This document shows, piece after piece, positions 17,271 through 28,429 of a stretch of DNA of 64,000 bases; position 1 is the first letter of the stretch, and the number at the start of each line of letters is the position of its first letter. Under the pieces are notes generated by a model, which made no database searches, was not told the DNA's origin, and worked only from the letters and a program-made list of their open reading frames with translations. Made by a program: the position numbers and the translations under genes. Source of the stretch: the human T2T-CHM13v2.0 reference genome, Homo sapiens; the NCBI RefSeq assembly GCF_009914755.1, contig NC_060936.1; one strand, written 5' to 3'.

Positions 17271-18569
17271 TATTGGAATGGGGAGAGAGAGTGGGAAGCT
17301 TTAAATCAAAGAAGCAATTTAAATGATAACAATTAACATTAGAAAATTTCATTCTTAAAATGTTCTTCAGTAGCTCCACCATAGTAAAATTTTCACTGGC
17401 CACTTCCTCTTAGAATTCCCTCTTGCTGATTCTTCTCTCCTCCTCTGTTTTCAGCATTCTCATCCATGTTTTCTTTCCTTCAAGTTTCTTACTAACAGGA
17501 ATTGTAGCACTCTGTTTAAACAACACATTCTTTACCTCCTTCCAAATATAAGTGGTTAACATTTCCTTGTGTGATTCACTGGATCCCCTCAAGTCCAGAT
17601 TCATAGTAATTATAATGCATTTGTTTATTTGGATGATAAAATAATTTTCTTATTTTTAGCAAAATAAATCATTTTGTACCATTATTCCAAGAAGAATTTG
17701 GGTTTTTTATTTTGTTACGGGTTTTTTATTTTGTTATGGAAACTGAAATGAGAATATCTGCATCAAATTCAAGAAAATGGGCAAGGTAATCCTAATCTGG
17801 AAAAAAAAAAAACTCCTTTGGTTACTACCAGCATAGACTATTTTCTCATTAGATTAAAGCAAAATGGAAACCTGGATAAAATCAGAATGGATTTCCTCAA
17901 TACCAAAGAGCAGTCCTTTCTCTCATCCACCTTTAAAACAGAACCTTCCTATAGAACACCAACCCCTTGGATGCTTATGTAATCATGTCAATTTTTATTC
18001 AATACTGTAAAAGTGGAATTCCCTTTTCTCCACACTTCCTCAACATAAATGTAGATGATTATTGCATGTTTGCATGTGAGTGTTGGGGTAAGGAGTAGTT
18101 GAGAGAAGACAGTAGTTGAGAGAAGGGTATAGGCTCTCAGTGGGTTATCCCTGAGGATATATCTCTGTGTTTTTCTTCTATTCCTTCTTTTCTTTATTCT
18201 CCTTCTTTTTCTTTTTTTCCCTTGATATAGTTTGCAAAGTTTTTAAGGGTGCGTGCAAAAAGTATTTCAGCTGTGGTTGGTGTCAGTGTAAGTCTTTCTA
18301 GATAACTGATGTTCCAAACGTTGCCAGATTACTGGGATTTTATTTCCTCTTTTATCCTAGAATCCTTATAAATCACCCGTATTTTTTTATTTTGTCTTTG
18401 TTAATTCATAAATACTTTTTTCCTCCAAAAGATGGATCTTAAAGTGGGTAACCACAACAGGCTTTGCTTTTCCTTCCTTCCTCTTGACTTTTTTCCTTTT
18501 TTTAATACCCTACAGTCTCCCAAATGAAGGTACATTGTTTCTGTGTCAATTGCCTTCTTCTGATCCTTT

Positions 18570-18780
18570 AGCTGTGGCACTAAACTGGGAACGAGATAAT
18601 CTGGTTTTAATCCCCTGTTCTGCCCTTAATGAGCAGCCTGCCCTTGAACAAGCAGCTTAAACTCCAGGTCATCTTCTCTTCATCTACAATCGACAATGCT
18701 CATACCTGTCCCCATTACTTAATAAGAGTCAGATAATGTAATGGATTTGAATACATTTTATAGAATTATTAGGATTATAA
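18570..18780 (+). mobile_element. MIR
   Basis: ctggttttaatcccctgttctgcc...ccttgaacaagcagcttaa...cttcatctacaat. Confidence 0.55.
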
Positions 18781-21519
18781 AATCATAATTGATCACAGGC
18801 GATGATATCAAGCCTCCATACATATGTTTTGGGGTAGGATTTGGCTCTACTAACTTGGTATAATCCCCGCACACACAAAAAATCTATTAACATGTATTAG
18901 AGTTATAGAAGATAAATATTAAGGAGATATAGAGCAAATCAAGCAAGCAAAAAGAAGATTTACAATGCTCTATCTTTTCTTATAGAATATTTTGAATGTC
19001 CAGAGAGTTGCATAGATTTTCTTTTTTATTCCTTCCATTAATCCAGTGTTGAAGTTCCCATAATTTAGCATGAATAAAAATTACTGTATAATGTTGTATA
19101 TACAAAAATATGTATACTCTACTTTATGGATAATTTGAGGGATTTTCAAGGGTAATTTCGACTACGTAATTTTCACCTTACATGCTGAATTTAGAACTTA
19201 ACTCTGCATAAGATTTGACTCCTCTGCGTTTTCATCGTCCCTGTGTCCAAAAAGGTGGCAAAAAAGAGAACTTTTATATTATGCAGAAAGATTCCTTGAA
19301 GAGAGCAAATACATTTTTTAAAACCTAGGCTAGCAGTGGTTTTGTACGGCTGATATATTCAAGGAATGTAACACATTATTATCACTTACATTTTCGTTTT
19401 CTGAGAATAGAGGCGTAGTTTTTAGGACCCCAGAGAGAATCAGTTTTGCATAAGTCGTGAATTTCTTTATCTAATACCTATATTTTAACTACACATCCTA
19501 ACTCTGCTTTCTAGTTTGGCTTTCAGAGTGTAGGTCACAAAAGCCTAAGCCGTGCCTCCGAAGGTCAGACCAAGCGTTCTCATATCAGAAACAAAAAACT
19601 CTGTTTTAATTCTTTCATTTTTTAACAGCCCAGCAGGCTTTCTTTGTTTTGTGAGAGTGGGTAGTTCACTTTTCTCATGCTTGAAAATTATGCCACCCAT
19701 TTATGTGCTCTGAAAGCAGGTTTTGAAATGGGTAGGAAAAGACAAGCCATGGCTATTTTGGTAGAAAATTGAAAGTACTCAGGTGGAAGGGAATCAAGAA
19801 ACAAGGCTGTTAAGTACTGTATCAGGATTGCAGGCCCATCCGAAGTCGAGGAGCACCTGTAGATGAATTTCCCTTCCTTTGCCAAGCCTTCCCCCTGGTG
19901 ACCCCCATTTATCTTTAACAAGAAGTCTTACACAAGTGTAATTCATAGGTAACAAGGCAAAGCCTCTGCTATTACTGTTGGGGTTCTCGCTTTTTGCCTG
20001 TGTGCCCTAAAATGGTGAATTTAAAAAAGCAATTGTAAGAATTAATCAGAGAGAGAGAGAGAAGCAAAATATGTATCTTGTAAATGGTATTTATTTCCAA
20101 AGTTCCGGTTTTTTTTTTTCTATGAAATTGTGTCTCCTTATACAAAAGGTATGTGAGTCTGGTTCTTGCTTCACTCAATATCGTTGAAAATGTTTATTTC
20201 TGGCCATGAAGAAAGCAATCTATCTACCTAAATCAGAATGTTCATATGAGGGAAAACTGCCCTACATAGAAAAATCAGATGTTCCTTGAAGTAGCCCAGA
20301 GGGTGGAGTCCATATGCTGCAGTGAGAGTTCCATACTTAGGAGTCTTCGAATTCTGCACTCTGGACTCCTACGGACCAAGATGATCAACTCTGAGGAAGA
20401 AAGGTAGTAGCCTTGCACCACAGGACTTTAACTGACTGATTCTGAGAGCCACCGTCTAACAGCTTGCAAAATTTGGGAAGAAAATCCCCAGAGTGAGATC
20501 TGAGGATTGTAAATGCAAAGGGTTAAAAACAGATAATTTCTGGATTCTTGCTGTGATCTTTGTCATAGCAAGTCTGAACACACTGGAGCTTTCATGCTCT
20601 GCTAGTGGGATAAAAATAAACTGTTTAACCTTTTAAATGCTGGTAATTTGGAGAGGTTTGCCATTTTTAGTTCTAACACATGAGCTTCTGAAAAGCTAGG
20701 AGGATAGAAATGGCTAACTAACTAAATTTGGAACCTTAAAAAGGTCAGAGTAAATCTGGTGCAATCCTGTCTTTTTTTTTCTTCTACAGAACGCATGTTA
20801 CATTCTTTAAAATTGTGAAAAAGATTGTAAAAAGGACAAGTGATGACAAAACTTGAACTGTGAAATATTGTTATAGGGAGGAGATAAAAAGAGAATAAGA
20901 TGTTTCGGGCTGATGATTTTAGATCTTGAAGTTTGATTTTCATAATCTATTGTATCTAGCTTGAGATGGTTGTTTAAATAGGCAGTAGGAGGTTTCTTTT
21001 TTTTCTTGTTTAGCATTCTATGATTTTTCCCATCTTGTAATAATCAGGGAATCATGAATATTATACACTTCCAGGCCTGCTTCTAAATAGCAAAAATTTG
21101 ATTCCTCTCCCTTGCCCCCGTGTTGGTAACTCATGATACTTCCTAAGGATGTTTTCTTCTCTACTGAAGTCTTCACATGTGAAGAAAATTGCCTTAAAAA
21201 CCCTGGGCTCTGGAGGAATACGCCAAGTATCTCCAGTAGAATCTCCAAGAAGTGAGGCATGCTTTTTGTGCATGGTACTTGCTTTTGTTCGGTGTACATG
21301 GAAAGAGACATGATTTCTTTCCTTAAGGATTTACAATGTAATCAGGCAGATCAAACATGAAGAGATGAACGGACTGAAAAATCTTCTCCTGGCAACATGA
21401 ATAGGAACAAATTTGTTAAAAGAACGCAGGGTAAGGAAGAATCACATTTGGTGTGACCTGTGCTCTGATGGACAGAGGGCGTGGATTAGCTCTCCAGCCT
21501 CTTCTCACCAAATTCCACC

Positions 21520-21830
21520 AGGCACGCCATGTACCGAGCGCTTTCATTTCCTTGAATATACTCACTAGTCTCTCACGCTGTGCTTGTACTCATGTTGTCA
21601 CAGTTGCTTCGAATGCTTTCCCTCACATTCTGCCTGTTGAAACTCTACTCCTCAGTCATTTCATTCTGCATGTCTACGCTAGAGCTGATCCTAGTCCAAC
21701 TTGTGTTGTAGTCACTTGCATATGTGTCTTTCTTTCACACCACACTCTGAGTCTCTGGAAGGTAGGATTGTTCTTTTATTTAGCTTTATTTCTCAGGCAC
21801 TTAATAGAGTTCAATACATATTTAGTAAAG
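21520..21830 (+). mobile_element. L2 3' fragment
   Basis: ctgagtctctggaaggtagga...agagttcaatacatattt. Confidence 0.5.
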
Positions 21831-24329
21831 TATATGGGATTGAATTATTTGTGAAGGAGAGTAGTGGTAGCTCCAAAATGATCTCGGAGGTAGAAGTGTG
21901 AGAATCTGGGTATCTGTGTGTGCCATAAGAAGAAATCTGAAGAGGAGGTTATAGGTTCAGTATAAATGCCAGTTTTGAAGGGATCACAGTGGAGGTATCC
22001 CATACTGTACACATGGGACTCAATAAATTTGAGACTGAGCCTGGGATACAACATAGATGTTGATGATTAGGGAATATGATCTTGGTTTTCCATGGAAACT
22101 TCAAGGTTTTAACTTTAAGAAAAATGGTTTTCTTATATTTGATTTCATGATTCCAGAGGTAAATGGAATACCGTTATGCTATTTCCTTTAAATAGCCTTT
22201 CCTAGTCTGTAGTGATGGTATTTTAAATAAAATTACTGAGAGACATGAAAGTTAGCTTTTTTTCTGGTGAGATTTGGGCTGTATTTTTTTTGGAAGAGGT
22301 AAACATGGAAGAACAAGAGGAAACAAAGAAAAGCAGAGGAACTAGTGAAGTATGAAATTGAAGTATTGACTTATGTCTGGTTCTTTCTCAGAGTTCCTTT
22401 CTTGTTTTTTCTGCTTTATCCCTTTTTATATTCAAGACAGCTTCTATCATTAGGCACTAATGGCCCAATGTAACTGAAGGAGCTGCCCAAACTTAGCCTT
22501 AAATAACTTTCTTTTAGGACTACTTTCTTGATATCTCTTCAGTGTTATTACAAGATGATTGAACATGAGTAACTGAAAACTTGCCTTCTCTGAAAATAGT
22601 GAGTTTCAACAGCGTGATGTCTCAAGTTTCTTTTCCTTCTAATAAGAAAACCTCCAGCCCCTCCCTGCCATCACCTGCACCTACCTCCCTGAGTCAAAGA
22701 ATTGCTCTCAAAAACATTTTCTTATCTAGTTGAAAGACTAGGGAAATAGGCCATTCCTCTGGTGGAGATGCTCTTCTCCCTGGGTAAGAGGACACATACC
22801 TGACCAATCTTTCTATATTGGTTGGTCCATTCCCTGAAGCTCTCTGAGCTTCCAGGGAGCTAAGATGATTTTGGCTGCCTTTATGTACTTTACCTAATGA
22901 GCTGACAAACTGGTTTCATCTTAGTGGGTATTCTTTGGACTAACTAAAAAAGGATGATTTAATTACCTTTATTCTTTTTCAAATGAGAGATCTGCATGCT
23001 GACTCTTCCACATGAGTGCTTTTAAATTTTCAATACAGGTTATTCAAATTGCTTTGGTTTCTTATGCACTTGGTGGAAAATCCACTCAGATTCACCTTTT
23101 TAAAAAAATGCAATCTTTGGCAGTACTGAGTTTTTCCACATTTCAAATCAAAGTAAGAAAATGCCTTTGGGATTCCTGGCTTCAGAGAAGAACTAGGGCA
23201 CATTCATTCACATACAAGAGCCAACATTTCAGTAATGCTAATGAATTTCCCTGACTAGAAACTATTTTTGTGGCAGTAAATATTACTCTCTCATACCTTA
23301 TTCCAATGCAGATACCTATTATCAATTTTGAAGACTCATTATCAAAGAAAAAGATTTATTTTGCAACAAAATTGAGTAGGGATGCAATTGAGGTGATCAG
23401 ATGGCTCCTGGATTACAGTAAGCCATTATCTGACTATCTCTTATAATTCTCCACAATATACACCATTGGAAACATTGTTTAACAGAACATTAACTGCAGT
23501 CTTGCTACTGCCAAGTGTTCTAGATGCATCCAGGTAGTCTATAATTAATGCACCTGCAGAGTTGCACAAAGAACTTCATACACTGTCCATTTCAGTGGAG
23601 AGCGGCTGGAATGGCACCTGCACAACAGGTGCAGTGCAGGACAAGACAAAAAGGCCAAGTTCTAACTAGAAAGCTTAATCCCTTTCAGTATGGACTGACT
23701 AGCTTGAGGTTTCTTTAGAAACAGCAGTATTTTATTATATGAAAGAGATGGAGTAGGATGTGGTAAGGGTTAACAAGAAGATGGGGAACCTAATGCCTGA
23801 GATCTGGTTATATTACTGGGAAAATTAATAGTATGTGTAAGGAACACTGAGACAAGGGGATTAGGAAATGGGAAAAGGGCACCAGGCCTAGGGTGCAAGA
23901 GGAGTTTCCCACAAATGATTGCTAGCTTATTCGAATTTGTATTCTGCTAATCTGTATTCAGATCGACCACATACATAAGTTTTCAATAACCATCAAGAAA
24001 AATGTAAAAATATAACCCCCAATTCCTTATAGATGATATTAGTTTTATTTTTTACACCTAGTCCTTGGATTAGTGGTTTACGAATACAGCCCTTTATGAA
24101 TTAGTTCAGGAGCGTTCATTTGAGAAACTTAAGATAATTTTGAAACTCTTTGGCATTCTTCATTTGTATGACATCTACACTGTGTAGGAGGTTTCATTTT
24201 GTTTAATCCTCACATTAATTCTAAAAAGTAGGCTTGGAGAGTGTAATTGGTAATACCATAGGAATAAGGAGGTCTAAGAGAGGTCTATGTGAATTCAAAG
24301 CCAGTGCTCTCCAATCAGAATTGTACCTC

Positions 24330-24752
24330 TCCCCTTGGTTTCCTAGGTTCTGGCCACATGAGCTCTCCTTTCCTCAGTGCACTGTCCAGCTCATCCACCC
24401 TTAGGCCTGTGTATTTTCTGCTTTCTCTGTTTTGAACACTTTCCTCTGCCCTTCAAATACCTAGATCTTTCACTCATTCAGATGTCAGCTGAAATGCCTC
24501 CTTTCTGTAGATTGCCTTTTCTAAAACCTGCATCACTGACTACCAAATCTTCCTGTTTTATTGCCTTTTACAACACGGAGAATCTGAGATCATTATCTTT
24601 ATATGTATATCGTCTGTCTTCCTTCACATGAACGTAGGTTCTCCGAAGGCAGGAATCTTGCTTGTCTTGGCCATTGCTTCCCCCACTGCCAGCTATGACA
24701 GAGCTTGCCATGTAATAGGTGCTAAAAAAATTACATATGGCATTAATAAAAT
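24330..24752 (+). mobile_element. L2 3' end
   Basis: gaaggcaggaatcttgcttgtcttggccattgc...gtaataggtgct. Confidence 0.7.
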
Positions 24753-25259
24753 GTCACTCTAATTTCTGGAAGGTAGGTTGACATTCAGAGTAGTGAAAAT
24801 CTATTAATGAAAGGGCCACCTTGCTAGTAGATATGGGATCAACTTTCACTTCTGACTTTGGAAATAAAGATAAACTTGGATGAGAGTGAAGGAAGGATGA
24901 GATAAGAGAGAATGACAAGAAATTTACAATGAGGAAGATACAAAAATAAAAATAAGTAATACAAATAATATTTATATTCAACAAATGTTTATTGTCTACT
25001 AGGATAGGATTCCATACATCTGTTTTATACCTTCTGTTCTATAGCACAATTATTAAAAATGTCCTCTTCACCCTTAAAAGTATTCCTACTTGGATGATAA
25101 AGTATACGCTCTCCTTAACTATGGGCTCTTCTCTGTTCTAGGCAATGAGGACGTTGCACAAGACAGTCCCTGATACCCAGAGTTTACTGCCTAAGAGAGG
25201 ATACATCCTTCAAACCAATAATCTGCTAATAGCAAGATCCAATAGTAAGAAGTTCTTTG

Positions 25260-25430
25260 CTTTTTACTTTTCAAATCACTTTTATGTACCTAATCTCATT
25301 TGATCCTCCCATCAATTCCATGATGGAAAATACTTATAATTGGCTTTTAAAGGAAGAGGAAACTGTTGCTGGGAAGTTGAGTGACTTGGTCAAGGCTAAT
25401 TAGCAGCAGAGCCAGGACAAGAACTCAATA
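25260..25430 (-). mobile_element. MIR
   Basis: atctcatttgatcctc...gaggaaactg...gagtgacttggtcaagg...gcagagccagga. Confidence 0.7.
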
Positions 25431-25732
25431 GGAAAATGCCTGCATTCTAGGGAGACTTTAAACTTTGCTCCAAAGAGTGAAGGAGTTAGAAAAAATGCTA
25501 ATTTTTATCTTACCTAATGAGGCTTAGAGTCTTTCCAGACATTTTTATAATTCCTCTCGTTGTTATCATCTTGAGGCCGACTTGAGGCCAACTCAGTGCC
25601 ACCTCTGCAGATTTTTCTAGTGGAAAAAGATTATTGTTTTGGAAAGGATTTCCTACGTACTTATTTTCAGTAGCATTGTTTTGCCTCGTTCAAACTAAAA
25701 CCAAAACTCCAGTTCTCCAGTTTGCAGAATAA

Positions 25733-26550
25733 GCAGCAAATAAATGTAGCTAAGAGCTATGGTACTGGTCTGCAAAGATGAGCCCCCAGTGAATCTTGCT
25801 TCCCAGTATTTACACTGTTGTTGTGAAATCCCTTCTTCTTGAATCTGGGCTGATTCTGTGACTTGTTTTCAACTAATAGAATGCAATGGAAGTGATGCTG
25901 CATCCCTCCAAAGCTAAGTGAATAGAAACTTTGCTACAGTGTCTTGGGTCTTTTGGATTGCTCACATGGGGAAAACCATGGGCTATGTAAGATATCTGAC
26001 TAACCTGAGACCATGATACTGTGAGGAAGTCCAAGCTACCTACACTGAGAGGCCACATGGGGAGAGAGGGAGAGGGCTAACCAACTCCCAACAGTTCCAG
26101 CCGTCTTTGATAAGGTGCAGGCTTGTGAGTGAAAGGGCATTTTAGACATCCAGCCCAGTTTTGTCTTCATTTGATTCCAGCCCTCGCTGCCATGTGATTA
26201 TAATTTCTTGAGAGACCCCAGTGAGGCCACTCACTGAGCCAAGTTATTCTGCAGAACTGAGAAAAAAATAATAACAAAGTGTTGGATTTAGCCACTAAGT
26301 TTTGGGGGGGTAGCAATAGATATCAGAACAATAGAATAGATCCTAGAGTCAGTTGCCTTGGGTTAATTCCTGCCTCTTACTAGCTTTGTGTTCTTGGGTA
26401 GATTACCTAATACTTTGTAACTTAGTTTCCTCATTTATAAATGGGTGTCATAACAGCATTTACTTTATAGGTTTGTTATAAGGATTAATTTAATTTATTA
26501 TATGGAAAGGAGAGTTTGGCACTAGAAAGCATTCAATAAATAGCTATTAT
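25733..26550 (+). mobile_element. MIR split by MLT1 insertion
   Basis: MIR head gcagcaaataaatgtagctaagagc precedes the LTR; body resumes at ~26335 ctagagtcagttgccttgggttaattcctg...agtttcctcatttataaatggg. Confidence 0.7.
25758..26329 (+). mobile_element. MLT1 (F/G/H-type) MaLR solo LTR
   Basis: ttgaatctgggctgattctgtgacttg...aatagaatgcaatggaagtgatgctg...gccactaagttttgggg...gcaatagatatcagaaca. Confidence 0.85.
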
Positions 26551-27249
26551 TACTATTAACTATATCTGTCAATAAATCTTATTAATCCGTTCAAATCTGT
26601 GTTTTTCTTAAAAGGCTTCATGGATATTGAAAGAAACTGAGAATCAAATTTGCATACTTCTGAGTCACTTGGAAACAAAAAACAAGTACAGTCTTAGATT
26701 CTGAGGGAACAAAAATTAAAAATCACATTAGGAAGAGAATTCCTAATGTAGGAACTCATCCTGGAAGATTCTTCAGCAAAAGTACAGACAATAATAATAA
26801 TACTCCATGAAGTTACCATCGATATTGAATGAATTAATGAATGTAAAAACCTCAAAACCCTGCCTGGCCCAGAGTAAGTACTCTGTGTCTAGTTTACCTA
26901 TTAATACTGTACTATTATTGTCCTCTATCTCACAATCTTCTACCCAAGAGCCATCTCAGGATTTTCCCACCATTCATTAGAGACCAAATGGTCTCTGCAA
27001 ATGCCCAGGCTCCTGATTCCTAGTTTTATATGGACTGCAAAGCGGCTCCTCGTGCTGTTTTTAAGTTCCTTGACCTCCATAAGCTCTTTTTAGTGATGCT
27101 CAGAAGCTGGAACGGTTGAGTTTCAGATATAGATTGGAGAGCTTCCTTACTAACTCCAATAAAATAGCTCAGAGTTTGGCTCTCACTTTTAAATACTATG
27201 CAGATGGCGCTGAACCCCAGCCAAACTGGCGGCAACTTGATTTCCTCTG

Positions 27250-27386
27250 GTGAGTGCTGGTGGGGTGTCTACAGGATGGCATTCATTCCCATCTCCCGTC
27301 CCTTCTTTCTCCTCTCTCTCCTCTCTCTCATACACACACACACACACACACACACTCATACTAACATTCTGTATTTTTCCTTCTAG
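27250..27386 (+). other. Candidate 137-nt U2 intron of a non-coding transcript
   Basis: CTG|GTGAGT donor at 27250; TACTAAC branch at 27359-27365; ttctgtatttttccttctAG acceptor at 27385-27386. Confidence 0.55.
27296..27358 (+). repeat. Compound (CT)n-(CA)n microsatellite
   Basis: ctctctctcctctctctcatacacacacacacacacacacacac. Confidence 0.9.
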
Positions 27387-28149
27387 CCTGAGTATTTTTT
27401 ATAATGACATGACCAGCAATAATTAATAAAATCATTGGTTTCCTGCCTGAACTTGTACTTATGTTAGCTATCTCATCGTGTGGAAATTTTCCCTTCAGCG
27501 CCAGATCAATAGCGTCCCCTTTGTGATTCCCCACTGCCAGGAGAGAAAATGTTCGCAAAAGGAGATCTAAGGAGCTTCCTACCGATTTAGAAGAGACAGA
27601 AGAAAGGACACTCTGTGCCAGCTGTGAAAGAAGCTCTTATATGCTGATAGGAATGTTATGAAATATCTGTAAATTTGGAGCTTGTTTTCACGAGCCGTAA
27701 AACGTAACCGCATGGAGTGGATTTTTGAACACTCTTAAAATAAACATAAACTAGGCTTTGATAAAGGGACCCCTTTTTTGTTTGATTTACTGTTTTCCTG
27801 TAACAGTGTAATATTTTTGCATGCAGAAATGTTGTAGGCTCAAGAAAACATTAATCAAATAAAGTATGTGTAATATGACGCAGGCACACCAGATGTACGA
27901 AGGGCCTGCAAGTGAACATTCCGGCACTTGTGCTAGATAATAAACCTTTTGGCCCTCATACGCAACCCCTGAAAATGAAACTGTCTAGTTACCCACATTA
28001 TATTGGGTTTCTGTATTGATTTTTAGGTTAACGTGAAAAAATTGAGTAGAATGTTATCTTATTTTGCTTTGGAATCAGAGAATATCAGACTTGAAATATA
28101 CTTTTAGGGACCACTTAATATGACCTCTATCATTTGGTTTTTAAATATT

Positions 28150-28345
28150 TTTAGGCTTTGGAATGGGTTTGGATCTACCACTCAACTGCTTTATGACTTC
28201 AGACCAGTTATTTAAATTCCCTGAAGCTCAGTTTCCACATCTTTGAGGTAAGCATTCCAATTTGTACCTTGTTGTGATCTGCAGTATAGAAAGTACCCAG
28301 CATCCTGCCTCACATAAAATAGGTGCCCAGGAAATGGCAGCTATG
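28150..28345 (+). mobile_element. MIR
   Basis: gttatttaaattccctgaagctcagtttccacatct...cacataaaataggtgccc. Confidence 0.7.
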
Positions 28346-28429
28346 ATCATTTTCTCCAGTAGATGAAGCAGTCCAGAATTATATTGTGTCGACTGTTCTT
28401 TTTCATGTCTAAGCAAGATCTTGATGATT

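Larger units (their letters stand above)
27040..27970. promoter_or_regulatory. Candidate enhancer/promoter block
   Basis: Repeat-free apart from a microsatellite; about 20 CpGs by eye in <1 kb; TTTAAATA (27188-27195); CTCF-like tgCAGATGGCGCtg (27199-27212); ggaaattttccc. Confidence 0.45.

Noticed and set aside
21170-21185. Perfect 16-bp palindrome tcttcacatgtgaaga
   Set aside because: About one such palindrome is expected by chance in 64 kb (4^-8 per position)
23540-23645. gcacctg...caggtgc hairpin with paired E-boxes
   Set aside because: Resembles a degenerate MER91-like MITE, which is inherently palindromic; 7-bp stem is not significant
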